Positions 1-9,937 of a stretch of 64,000 nt of DNA are shown piece after piece; position 1 is the stretch's first letter, and every line of letters starts with the position of its first letter. Source of the DNA: Auanema rhodensis (Eukaryota; Animalia; Nematoda); contig OZ059896.1 in assembly GCA_964057225.1 (NCBI GenBank), positions 16,306,001 to 16,370,000 on the forward strand. The letters are read 5' to 3'. The position numbers were made by a program, and so were the translations under genes. The notes under the pieces are model-generated. The model made no database searches, was not told where the DNA came from, and saw only the letters and a program-made list of their open reading frames with translations.

Positions 1-314
1 ACCATCTATCCGAACGACTGGACAATATTCAACATTCGTTAAATCTGAAACTAGACAATTTGACCATTCAGACTGCTCCTAAAGCTTCATGTGTATTCTG
101 CAATAAACCGACAGCTGATGGGCACCGTACTGCGGCCTGTCCGATTTATCCTTCCTCACCGGAACGCACTCTCCGTCTTCATGAACTGGGGTTATGCATC
201 AGATGTTTGAATCAAAAACATCCAGCGATTTGCGAGGTATCCTGCTATAGATGTAAGGCGGATACGCATCATGGAGTGGTTTGTGGTGATATAAAACGTA
301 AAAGACCTTTGTAG
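1..314 (+). CDS. C-terminal part of BEL/Pao-type Gag (three zinc knuckles), 5'-partial
   Basis: CVFC...H....C / CIRC....H....C / C..C....HH...C arrangement typical of BEL/Pao Gag; stop at 312-314. Confidence 0.7.
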   Translation, partial: HLSERLDNIQHSLNLKLDNLTIQTAPKASCVFCNKPTADGHRTAACPIYPSSPERTLRLHELGLCIRCLNQKHPAICEVSCYRCKADTHHGVVCGDIKRKRPL

Positions 315-409
315 GCCTTCTTCTCATTCCCGCATTGCCGGGAGTGTCGCGATAAGCGAGTGAGTTTGTATAAATTTTATCTTCAACAATTGTTTTATTT
401 GTTTCTCCT

Positions 410-411
<2 letters not shown>

Positions 412-461
<50 letters not shown>
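412..461. repeat. (CT)n microsatellite inside the BEL-like LTR
   Basis: Uninterrupted TC run. Confidence 0.95.
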
Positions 462-465
<4 letters not shown>

Positions 466-741
466 TTCTTCTTTCTTCTAACTTCCTAAGTAATTTTTAT
501 CCATACCACATGTTGTGTTATACATGTGGCATGACTAATTCTTTGTTTCAGGCTGACGACCGCCCACGAGAAGAGATCAGTCTTACATTTTTCAACGTTC
601 GCAGTCAGTGATTTTATTCCGTGCTTGTCTTGTTAATTCATCAATAAACCCTTTTCTACATATTCGCTTTGTGTTTTACTTCCAACCATACTATACACTT
701 GTGGTATAACGCCACAATTCTGAAAAGAAAGGTAAGCATTC

Positions 742-860
742 GCTTACGACCATACCACGTTGAAAATACGCCATCCCGTCCGATCTGGCAAGTCAAGCAA
801 CGTTGGGCCCGGTTAGTACTTGGATCGGAGACGGCTTGGGAATCCCGGGTGCCGTAAGCT
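742..860 (+). rRNA. 5S rRNA (copy 1)
   Basis: GCTTACGACCATACCACGTTG...AGTACTTGGATCGGAGAC...GTAAGCT followed by an oligo-T Pol III terminator; near-identical to nematode 5S. Confidence 0.98.
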
Positions 861-961
861 TTTTCTTTTTCTCACTTTCTCATCTAGTTTGTAATCAGTA
901 GTTACCTATATGGTATACGGTTATCTGGAAATGTTTTCATTTTCCGAGACAATTCTTAGAC

Positions 962-1102
962 AGCTTTGCGCAGTGGCGATAACGTGACCAATGAGGCTTT
1001 GCCGAGGTGCGTTTATTGCTGGTTGAAAACTTTTCCCAATTACCCGCGATATTCCCTGAAACATGGGTGATATACGCAATTTTTGAATGCCTGATAAGGC
1101 TG
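962..1102 (+). ncRNA. U4 spliceosomal snRNA (copy 1)
   Basis: AGCTTTGCGCAGTGGC 5' end (U6 stem II), k-turn stem-loop, TGCTGGTTGAAAACTTTTCCCAAT, Sm site AATTTTTGA, 3' hairpin GCCT-GATA-AGGC. Confidence 0.96.
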
Positions 1103-1212
1103 AATGGCATATTATGGAAGAATGTTCCACGTGAAAAGACGTCAATTTTCAAAATCAAACTAAAACGAACGGTTGCACTGCATACATATTCTGAAAAGAA
1201 AGGTAAGCATTC

Positions 1213-1331
1213 GCTTACGACCATACCACGTTGAAAGTACGCCATCCCGTCCGATCTGGCAAGTCAAGCAACGTTGGGCCCGGTTAGTACTTGGATCGGA
1301 GACGGCTTGGGAATCCCGGGTGCCGTAAGCT
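1213..1331 (+). rRNA. 5S rRNA (copy 2)
   Basis: Full 119-nt copy with oligo-T terminator. Confidence 0.98.
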
Positions 1332-1432
1332 TTTTCTTTTTCTCACTTTCTCATCTAGTTTGTAATCAGTAGTTACCTATATGGTATACGGTTATCTGGA
1401 AATGTTTTCATTTTCCGAGACAATTCTTAGAC

Positions 1433-1573
1433 AGCTTTGCGCAGTGGCGATAACGTGACCAATGAGGCTTTGCCGAGGTGCGTTAATTGCTGGTTGAAAA
1501 CTTTTCCCAATTACCCGCGATATTCCCTGAAACATGGGTGATATACGCAATTTTTGAATGCCTGATAAGGCTG
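1433..1573 (+). ncRNA. U4 snRNA (copy 2)
   Basis: Full copy; variant GCGTTAATTGC. Confidence 0.95.
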
Positions 1574-1683
1574 AATGGCATATTATGGAAGAATGTTCCA
1601 CGTGAAAAGACGTCAATTTTCAAAATCAAACTAGAACGAACGGTTGCACTGCATACATATTCTGAAAAGAAAGGTAAGCATTC

Positions 1684-1802
1684 GCTTACGACCATACCAC
1701 GTTGAAAGTACGCCATCCCGTCCGATCTGGCAAGTCAAGCAACGTTGGGCCCGGTTAGTACTTGGATCGGAGACGGCTTGGGAATCCCGGGTGCCGTAAG
1801 CT
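1684..1802 (+). rRNA. 5S rRNA (copy 3)
   Basis: Full copy. Confidence 0.98.
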
Positions 1803-1903
1803 TTTTCTTTTTCTCACTTTCTCATCTAGTTTGTAATCAGTAGTTACCTATATGGTATACGGTTATCTGGAAATGTTTTCATTTTCCGAGGCAATTCTTA
1901 GAC

Positions 1904-2044
1904 AGCTTTGCGCAGTGGCGATAACGTGACCAATGAGGCTTTGCCGAGGTGCGTTTATTGCTGGTTGAAAACTTTTCCCAATTACCCGCGATATTCCCTG
2001 AAACATGGGTGATATACGCAATTTTTGAATGCCTGATAAGGCTG
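1904..2044 (+). ncRNA. U4 snRNA (copy 3)
   Basis: Full copy. Confidence 0.95.
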
Positions 2045-2082
2045 ATTTGCATATTATGGAAGAATGTTCCACGTGAAAAGAC

Positions 2083-2421
2083 CGTTCCATATTGGTTCCT
2101 AGGGTTCCGGCTAGGTAACCATATGGACTTTAATAGTGTGAATGCCTTTGTAAAAGTAACAGAGAGTAGAGAAAAAGAAGTTTATTCAGAATATGGAAAT
2201 ACAATTATAAAAGCAAAATACAATAATCAAATAAATGAAACTACATGTTATGAGAAAGCCAACCTAGTTGCTTTCTCAGGGGTTTATATAGAAAAATATT
2301 AATTACAAATATAATTGAATTTATACAAAAAGTAGTTCAGGTCTAGTTTCTTATTGAATTCCATTAACCAAAAGTCGGTTGACGTTGTCAACCGCCTTCT
2401 TTATAAGACACGTATGGAACA
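2083..2421 (-). repeat. 3' LTR of the gag-only element
   Basis: Direct repeat of 5535-5873; termini CGTTCCATA...TATGGAACA on + strand. Confidence 0.95.
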
Positions 2422-2664
2422 TGCCTTATATTGAAAAAGTAGCTGACCTCAGCTATAAGAAATTAGACTTTTTTAGGAAAAGAAACAAAAGAGAAAAAAA
2501 TATATATATATATAAATGAATTAGAATTGGAATACTAGAATAGGAATAATAGTGTAATAGGAATAATATAAAAAAAAAAATGAAAACAATATAAAAAGAA
2601 AAAAGAAAAGAAATGAAAAGAAAAGAAAAGAAAAGAAAAACTCTGAATTCACCTCGTGCAGCTG

Positions 2665-2901
2665 TTATCCTTCTTCCTCCTCGATTTGTCCCAGCTGGAA
2701 GTCTGTCGCGGGTTGCCGGTCGGCGACCGTCCATATGTGGAACAGGCTGACGTCTGTCAGCAGTTCCGTCGCCTGGCCTGCTATCATCATTTTCTTTCTT
2801 TTCTGGTCCGGAGTGGTGGCGCGCGTCGCCATTAGTATCCTTAAGGCCTGGCTGATCAGGTCTCCCGCCTTCCTAATCGACTGGTTAGTCGATTCCATCA
2901 T
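2665..2901 (-). CDS. 78-aa small ORF overlapping the gag stop codon (unknown function)
   Basis: ATG overlaps the gag TGA (GTA-TGA-TG); basic KRKK patch and acidic tail; no recognised homology. Confidence 0.4.
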   Translation of the reverse strand: MMESTNQSIRKAGDLISQALRILMATRATTPDQKRKKMMIAGQATELLTDVSLFHIWTVADRQPATDFQLGQIEEEEG

Positions 2902-4403
2902 ACTTTCTTCTGTCCAGCTCTTGTGGATCTCTTCCTTCTGCTATCATATCGATCGTTTCCTCTGCTGTTGTATCGATCATTGTATCTATCGTACCGTTGG
3001 GGGCTACGATAATTGTTGTATCCTCGTTGATATCCATTGTTTCTGTTATCCTGTCTGAAGTTGTGACGGTTATTTTGTCGATCCTCTTGGTATCTTGGTG
3101 AGCGGTATCCTTCTCTTCTTTGATTCCATTGCTCTTGTGGGTGTTGTGGTCTTGATTGATTTCCATAGAATGTTCTTGATTGGTGTGTTTGTGATCCGTC
3201 ATAGATTTTCTCCTGTTGTGATGCTCTCATGTGGTTTATGAGACCGTTATTAATCTCTAGTTGTTCCACGTCTTTAATCAAGTTGTTGACCAAGAGCGAA
3301 GGATCCTCGTCAGCTTCCACAGTTTCGGCAATAGTCACGGCTGCATCAAAGGTGATAGGGCTGCGGTTATTGACATGTGTTCTTAAAGTCTTTCGTAGTC
3401 CTCCTAAGAATGAAACTCGTAGTATTCTTTCATCGGCTGTCGAGTCCATGTTGCATGATTCATAGGCAAGGTTTCTGCAGCGTTGAGCGAAATTTTGTAC
3501 CGTTTCGTGCTCTCCTTGTTTCAAATGAGTGAGTTTTGTGAATGCTGCATCTCTCTTTTCTGGAGGTTGTAATTTCTCCGATAGTATGCGTTTGACGTGG
3601 TTCCATCCCTGGCGTAAGTCTTCTGCTGGTATAGTTCGAAGAGCTTCAGCGGCTCTATCCGTTCCGAGAAGTAGATAGAGATGGGAAAGTCTCTCGGCAA
3701 TAGGGACTTGAAGGGCATCGAAATATCCTTCTAGTCTTTGCATGTAGAGGTTGAATGGAACCGATCCATCATAAAGCGTAGGTTTGTGATGGCGAATAGA
3801 AACGTTGTGGGCTCTTGCAATAGGAGAGTTGTCTTGCTCCATCTGCTCTGCCATTTGAGGGCGACTTCTCTGCTCTGTAACATTCGAAGTCAAATTTACG
3901 TTATTGTCTGACGAAGAAGAGACAGGAGACAGAGAGTGCCCGTGCAAAGATTGATCAGTGGAAGAGGGAGAGTTTCTAGGAATAGGAGAGGTGAGGATTT
4001 CCGCATTTGCGGTTTGAACAAGGCGTTGAGGAGAAGTGTGATTTGGAGGACAAGTGTTAGTGCCGGTATTAACAACTGTTTTTGGAGAGTGAGAAGAGCG
4101 TTTGGGCGTGGATTTACTGGATGATGCTTTATTCTTATTCAAGCTAATTGCATGCCTAGTAGTTTTAATAGCAGTAGTATAAAGTTTCTTAGCAGTTAGC
4201 GGTGTACCCGGAATAGGGGGTAATTTCTTTGATTTCGCGTTCGTTTTCGGATATTTCGCATCTGGTCGGAATGCATCCGGTGGTCCTCTTTTTCTTTGGT
4301 TTCTATGCAGTGCTGCTTCCACTGTCTGAGTTTTCTCTGCGCTATTCGTAGCATTTTGGGCAATATTTCCCGGCGGAGGGTTTTGATTCGCTGCGTCAGC
4401 CAT
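2898..4403 (-). CDS. Ty3/gypsy Gag (501 aa): disordered N-terminus, capsid domain, R/N/Y-rich C-terminus without zinc knuckle
   Basis: PTLYDGS...LKQGEHETVQNFAQRCRNLA...FLGGL...TFDAAVTIA capsid motifs; ATG in AAAG-ATG-G context 13 nt after a TTCCAG acceptor. Confidence 0.92.
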   Translation of the reverse strand: MADAANQNPPPGNIAQNATNSAEKTQTVEAALHRNQRKRGPPDAFRPDAKYPKTNAKSKKLPPIPGTPLTAKKLYTTAIKTTRHAISLNKNKASSSKSTPKRSSHSPKTVVNTGTNTCPPNHTSPQRLVQTANAEILTSPIPRNSPSSTDQSLHGHSLSPVSSSSDNNVNLTSNVTEQRSRPQMAEQMEQDNSPIARAHNVSIRHHKPTLYDGSVPFNLYMQRLEGYFDALQVPIAERLSHLYLLLGTDRAAEALRTIPAEDLRQGWNHVKRILSEKLQPPEKRDAAFTKLTHLKQGEHETVQNFAQRCRNLAYESCNMDSTADERILRVSFLGGLRKTLRTHVNNRSPITFDAAVTIAETVEADEDPSLLVNNLIKDVEQLEINNGLINHMRASQQEKIYDGSQTHQSRTFYGNQSRPQHPQEQWNQRREGYRSPRYQEDRQNNRHNFRQDNRNNGYQRGYNNYRSPQRYDRYNDRYNSRGNDRYDSRRKRSTRAGQKKV

Positions 4404-5515
4404 CTTTGTTGGTTTCCTGGAAGGAAATTATTAATCAACGAAGACTGAGCTTAAATTATACAAAACGTAAGAGACAATATGGGGTTGGTATGCGCGACTC
4501 CTGTTCCTGTCAGGGGGCCAGCCTGCAGCGGGTCTCTAGTCGGAGAATAGCCTGGTCAGGTTCATACACGAGTCCGCAACTACGTGTGACCTTTAGCAAA
4601 GGACCAAGTTCTTATCTCTCGAAGAGGCATGAGATATGAGACAGTGGTCTGTGTATTGCTCCTTTTCAGTCATGGACAAGATCAGGTACACAGGCTTCTC
4701 ATACTCACTTTTCCAGACTTCTCTTACCTAAGCAAACCCCCAAAAGACGTTCCCTTTTAACCTTACTTCTGTTCCCCTGGGTCTTGCTAGGTGGGACCAC
4801 TCAACTTCAAAATATTCTTTAATTCTCATATGGGACCAAAAAGGGTTAATTTCAAATGATTGCGCGTCTTATATCAAAAAGTGTACGCCTCCGCGCGATG
4901 TCCCGAGAATGTCTGGTATTGTTTCTTACGGGGCTTTCTCATAAAAATGCGTTAGATATCAAGAATAGTGGTTTTGTTTATGAATCAATGTTTTCAGAAT
5001 GATTTATGAATAGATTTTCAAAATTAGCTTGTGATAAGAAGTTTTCAAGATGACTTATGGGTAAGTGTTGCAATATGAATAAATGTCTTTAAGATATTTC
5101 ATGAATTGATAGTTTTTAATATTATTCGTGGTTAAATATTTTGATATGCTTGTTCCAAAAAGAGTTTTTATGCATTATATGCTTTAAACATACAGGAAAG
5201 TAGAGGAATAAAGTAGGAATATAGATTGTAATAGATAATATGTGTAAGACATTTTTTTTTTTTCAAATAGATATATCAGAAATGATGTTAGAAGAATGAT
5301 ATTTAGAGATAAATTCGAATTACTAGATTAAATTGAAGTTTTTGTTTTAGATACAAAATTGACTTGAAAGTTTGAAATATAAAATTTAATTAGAATTTTT
5401 GGATATGAAATCAAGATAAATTTTTAGAGTAAAAAGGATTTCAAAGAAAGAGAAAGTAATTTAAAGGTGAGAAAAGTAGCGGCAATGGTCCATAGAGATT
5501 CGTCCCTTATAGACG

Positions 5516-5534
5516 AATCTCGGTGGAACCTCCA
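5516..5534 (-). other. Primer-binding site complementary to the tRNA-Gln 3' end
   Basis: + strand AATCTCGGTGGAACCTCCA equals the 3' end of metazoan tRNA-Gln plus CCA, directly adjacent to the 5' LTR. Confidence 0.88.
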
Positions 5535-5873
5535 CGTTCCATATTGGTTCCTAGGGTTCCGGCTAGGTAACCATATGGACTTTAATAGTGTGAATGCCAT
5601 TGTAAAAGTAACAGAGAGTAGAGAAAAAGAAGTTTATTCAGAATATGGAAATACAATTATAAAAGCAAAATACAATAATCAAATAAATGAAACTACATGT
5701 TATGAGAAAGCCAACCTAGTTGCTTTCTCAGGGGTTTATATAGAAAAATATTAATTACAAATATAATTGAATTTATACAAAAAGTAGTTCAGGTCTAGTT
5801 TCTTATTGAATTCCATTAACCAAAAGTCGGTTGACGTTGTCAACCGCCTTCTTTATAAGACACGTATGGAACA
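5535..5873 (-). repeat. 5' LTR of the gag-only element
   Basis: Direct repeat of 2083-2421. Confidence 0.95.
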
Positions 5874-5949
5874 AGACGTCAATTTTCAAAATCAAACTAG
5901 AACGAACGGTTGCACTGCATACATATTCTGAAAAGAAAGGTAAGCATTC

Positions 5950-6068
5950 GCTTACGACCATACCACGTTGAAAGTACGCCATCCCGTCCGATCTGGCAAG
6001 TCAAGCAACGTTGGGCCCGGTTAGTACTTGGATCGGAGACGGCTTGGGAATCCCGGGTGCCGTAAGCT
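5950..6068 (+). rRNA. 5S rRNA (copy 4)
   Basis: Full copy. Confidence 0.98.
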
Positions 6069-6169
6069 TTTTCTTTTTCTCACTTTCTCATCTAGTTTGT
6101 AATCAGTAGCTACCTATAGGGTATACGGTTATCTGGAAATGTTTTCATTTTTCGAGACAATTCTTAGAC

Positions 6170-6310
6170 AGCTTTGCGCAGTGGCGATAACGTGACCAAT
6201 GAGGCTTTGCCGAGGTGCGTTTATTGCTGGTTGAAAACTTTTCCCAATTACCCGCGATATTCCCTGAAACATGGGTGATATACGCAATTTTTGAATGCCT
6301 GATAAGGCTG
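6170..6310 (+). ncRNA. U4 snRNA (copy 4)
   Basis: Full copy. Confidence 0.95.
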
Positions 6311-6420
6311 ATTTGCATATTATGGAAGAATGTTCCACGTGAAAAGACGTCAATTTTCAAAATCAAACTAAAACGAACGGTTGCACTGCATACATATTCT
6401 GAAAAGAAAGGTAAGCATTC

Positions 6421-6539
6421 GCTTACGACCATACCACGTTGAAAGTACGCCATCCCGTCCGATCTGGCAAGTCAAGCAACGTTGGGCCCGGTTAGTACTT
6501 GGATCGGAGACGGCTTGGGAATCCCGGGTGCCGTAAGCT
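6421..6539 (+). rRNA. 5S rRNA (copy 5)
   Basis: Full copy. Confidence 0.98.
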
Positions 6540-6640
6540 TTTTCTTTTTCTCACTTTCTCATCTAGTTTGTAATCAGTAGTTACCTATATGGTATACGGT
6601 TATCTGGAAATGTTTTCATTTTCCGAGACAATTCTTAGAC

Positions 6641-6781
6641 AGCTTTGCGCAGTGGCGATAACGTGACCAATGAGGCTTTGCCGAGGTGCGTTTATTGCTG
6701 GTTGAAAACTTTTCCCAATTACCCGCGATATTCCCTGAAACATGGGTGATATACGCAATTTTTGAATGCCTGATAAGGCTG
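6641..6781 (+). ncRNA. U4 snRNA (copy 5)
   Basis: Full copy. Confidence 0.95.
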
Positions 6782-6891
6782 ATTTGCATATTATGGAAAA
6801 ATGTTCCACGTGAAAAGACGTCAATTTTCAAAATCAAACTAAAACGAACGGTTGCACTGCATACATATTCTGAAAAGAAAGGTAAGCATTC

Positions 6892-7010
6892 GCTTACGAC
6901 CATACCACGTTGAAAGTACGCCATCCCGTCCGATCTGGCAAGTCAAGCAACGTTGGGCCCGGTTAGTACTTGGATCGGAGACGGCTTGGGAATCCCGGGT
7001 GCCGTAAGCT
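6892..7010 (+). rRNA. 5S rRNA (copy 6)
   Basis: Full copy. Confidence 0.98.
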
Positions 7011-7111
7011 TTTTCTTTTTCTCACTTTCTCATCTAGTTTGTAATCAGTAGTTACCTATATGGTATACGGTTATCTGGAAATGTTTTCATTTTCCGAGAC
7101 AATTCTTAGAC

Positions 7112-7252
7112 AGCTTTGCGCAGTGGCGATAACGTGACCAATGAGGCTTTGCCGAGGTGCGTTTATTGCTGGTTGAAAACTTTTCCCAATTACCCGCGAT
7201 ATTCCCTGAAACATGGGTGATATACGCAATTTTTGAATGCCTGATAAGGCTG
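7112..7252 (+). ncRNA. U4 snRNA (copy 6)
   Basis: Full copy. Confidence 0.95.
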
Positions 7253-7362
7253 ATTTGCATATTATGGAAGAATGTTCCACGTGAAAAGACGTCAATTTTC
7301 AAAATCAAACTAGAACGAACGGTTGCACTGCATACATATTCTGAAAAGAAAGGTAAGCATTA

Positions 7363-7481
7363 GCTTACGACCATACCACGTTGAAAATACGCCATCCCGT
7401 CCGATCTGGCAAGTCAAGCAACGTTGGGCCCGGTTAGTACTTGGATCGGAGACGGCTTGGGAATCCCGGGTGCCGTAAGCT
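7363..7481 (+). rRNA. 5S rRNA (copy 7)
   Basis: Full copy. Confidence 0.98.
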
Positions 7482-7582
7482 TTTTCTTTTTCTCATTTTC
7501 TCATAAAGTTTGTAATCAGTAGTTACCTATAGGGTATACGGTTAACTAGAAATGTTTTCATTTTCCGAGACAATTCTTAGAC

Positions 7583-7723
7583 AGCTTTGCGCAGTGGCGA
7601 TAACGTGACCAATGAGGCTTTGCCGAGGTGCGTTTATTGCTGGTTGAAAACTTTTCCCAATTACCCGCGATATTCCCTGAAACATGGGTGATATACGCAA
7701 TTTTTGAATGCCTGATAAGGCTG
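7583..7723 (+). ncRNA. U4 snRNA (copy 7)
   Basis: Full copy. Confidence 0.95.
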
Positions 7724-7833
7724 ATTTGCATATTATGGAAGAATGTTCCACGTGAAAAGACGTCAATTTTCAAAATCAAACTAAAACGAACGGTTGCACT
7801 GCATACATATTCTGAAAAGAAAGGTAAGCATTC

Positions 7834-7952
7834 GCTTACGACCATACCACGTTGAAAGTACGCCATCCCGTCCGATCTGGCAAGTCAAGCAACGTTGGGC
7901 CCGGTTAGTACTTGGATCGGAGACGGCTTGGGAATCCCGGGTGCCGTAAGCT
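7834..7952 (+). rRNA. 5S rRNA (copy 8)
   Basis: Full copy. Confidence 0.98.
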
Positions 7953-8053
7953 TTTTCTTTTTCTCACTTTCTCATCTAGTTTGTAATCAGTAGTTACCTA
8001 TATGGTATACGGTTATCTGGAAATGTTTTCATTTTCCGAGACAATTCTTAGAC

Positions 8054-8194
8054 AGCTTTGCGCAGTGGCGATAACGTGACCAATGAGGCTTTGCCGAGGT
8101 GCGTTAATTGCTGGTTGAAAACTTTTCCCAATTACCCGCGATATTCCCTGAAACATGGGTGATATACGCAATTTTTGAATGCCTGATAAGGCTG
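8054..8194 (+). ncRNA. U4 snRNA (copy 8)
   Basis: Full copy; variant GCGTTAATTGC. Confidence 0.95.
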
Positions 8195-8304
8195 ATTTGC
8201 ATATTATGGAAGAATGTTCCACGTGAAAAGACGTCAATTTTCAAAATCAAACTAAAACGAACGGTTGCACTGCATACATATTCTGAAAAGAAAGGTAAGC
8301 ATTC

Positions 8305-8423
8305 GCTTACGACCATACCACGTTGAAAGTACGCCATCCCGTCCGATCTGGCAAGTCAAGCAACGTTGGGCCCGGTTAGTACTTGGATCGGAGACGGCTT
8401 GGGAATCCCGGGTGCCGTAAGCT
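8305..8423 (+). rRNA. 5S rRNA (copy 9)
   Basis: Full copy. Confidence 0.98.
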
Positions 8424-8524
8424 TTTTCTTTTTCTCACTTTCTCATCTAGTTTGTAATCAGTAGTTACCTATATGGTATACGGTTATCTGGAAATGTTTT
8501 CATTTTCCGAGACAATTCTTAGAC

Positions 8525-8665
8525 AGCTTTGCGCAGTGGCGATAACGTGACCAATGAGGCTTTGCCGAGGTGCGTTTATTGCTGGTTGAAAACTTTTCCC
8601 AATTACCCGCGATATTCCCTGAAACATGGGTGATATACGCAATTTTTGAATGCCTGATAAGGCTG
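8525..8665 (+). ncRNA. U4 snRNA (copy 9)
   Basis: Full copy. Confidence 0.95.
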
Positions 8666-8775
8666 ATTTGCATATTATGGAAGAATGTTCCACGTGAAAA
8701 GACGTCAATTTTCAAAATCAAACTAAAACGAACGGTTGCACTGCATACATATTCTGAAAAGAGAGGTAAGCATTC

Positions 8776-8894
8776 GCTTACGACCATACCACGTTGAAAG
8801 TACGCCATCCCGTCCGATCTGGCAAGTCAAGCAACGTTGGGCCCGGTTAGTACTTGGATCGGAGACGGCTTGGGAATCCCGGGTGCCGTAAGCT
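8776..8894 (+). rRNA. 5S rRNA (copy 10)
   Basis: Full copy. Confidence 0.98.
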
Positions 8895-8995
8895 TTTTCT
8901 TTTTCTCACTTTCTCATCTAGTTTGTAATCAGTAGTTACCTATATGGTATACGGTTATCTGGAAATGTTTTCATTTTCCGAAACAATTCTTAGAC

Positions 8996-9136
8996 AGCTT
9001 TGCGCAGTGGCGATAACGTGACCAATGAGGCTTTGCCGAGGTGCGTTTATTGCTGGTTGAAAACTTTTCCCAATTACCCGCGATATTCCCTGAAACATGG
9101 GTGATATACGCAATTTTTGAATGCCTGATAAGGCTG
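8996..9136 (+). ncRNA. U4 snRNA (copy 10)
   Basis: Full copy. Confidence 0.95.
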
Positions 9137-9246
9137 ATTTGCATATTATGGAAGAATGTTCCACGTGAAAAGACGTCAATTTTCAAAATCAAACTAGAAC
9201 GAACGGTTGCACTGCATACATATTCTGAAAAGAAAGGTAAGCATTC

Positions 9247-9365
9247 GCTTACGACCATACCACGTTGAAAATACGCCATCCCGTCCGATCTGGCAAGTCA
9301 AGCAACGTTGGGCCCGGTTAGTACTTGGATCGGAGACGGCTTGGGAATCCCGGGTGCCGTAAGCT
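9247..9365 (+). rRNA. 5S rRNA (copy 11)
   Basis: Full copy. Confidence 0.98.
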
Positions 9366-9466
9366 TTTTCTTTTTCTCACTTTCTCATCTAGTTTGTAAT
9401 CAGTAGTTACCTATATGGTATACGGTTATCTGGAAATGTTTTCATTTTCCGAGACAATTCTTAGAC

Positions 9467-9607
9467 AGCTTTGCGCAGTGGCGATAACGTGACCAATGAG
9501 GCTTTGCCGAGGTGCGTTTATTGCTGGTTGAAAACTTTTCCCAATTACCCGCGATATTCCCTGAAACATGGGTGATATACGCAATTTTTGAATGCCTGAT
9601 AAGGCTG
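9467..9607 (+). ncRNA. U4 snRNA (copy 11)
   Basis: Full copy. Confidence 0.95.
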
Positions 9608-9717
9608 ATTTGCATATTATGGAAGAATGTTCCACGTGAAAAGACGTCAATTTTCAAAATCAAACTAGAACGAACGGTTGCACTGCATACATATTCTGAA
9701 AAGAAAGGTAAGCATTC

Positions 9718-9836
9718 GCTTACGACCATACCACGTTGAAAATACGCCATCCCGTCCGATCTGGCAAGTCAAGCAACGTTGGGCCCGGTTAGTACTTGGA
9801 TCGGAGACGGCTTGGGAATCCCGGGTGCCGTAAGCT
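9718..9836 (+). rRNA. 5S rRNA (copy 12)
   Basis: Full copy. Confidence 0.98.
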
Positions 9837-9937
9837 TTTTCTTTTTCTCATTTTCTCATAAAGTTTGTAATCAGTAGTTACCTATAGGGTATACGGTTAA
9901 CTAGAAATGTTTTCATTTTCCGAGACAATTCTTAGAC

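Larger units (their letters stand above)
1..716 (+). mobile_element. 3' end of a BEL/Pao-like LTR retrotransposon (gag zinc-knuckle tail, PPT, 3' LTR 345-716); 5' part outside the window
   Basis: Triple Cys/His knuckle ORF, then purine-rich GCCGGGAG. A TGTCGCG...CGCCACA-bounded 372-bp segment with AATAAA follows and abuts the 5S spacer sequence ATTCTGAAAAG at 717. The second LTR and TSD are not visible. Confidence 0.7.
2083..5873 (-). mobile_element. Non-autonomous gag-only Ty3/gypsy LTR retrotransposon (3791 bp)
   Basis: 339-bp LTRs at 2083-2421 and 5535-5873 (one mismatch seen); TSD AGAC at 2079-2082 and 5874-5877; tRNA-Gln PBS; gag ORF; no pol. Confidence 0.95.

Noticed and set aside
1036-1050. 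CCAATTACCCGCG resembling the SL1 exon core (AATTACCC)
   Set aside because: It lies within the U4 body; the full SL1 22-mer and splice donor are absent
2045-2052. Octamer ATTTGCAT just after U4 as a possible snRNA distal element
   Set aside because: About 330 bp from the next U4 start, missing in the first two units, and I know of no octamer DSE in nematode snRNA genes
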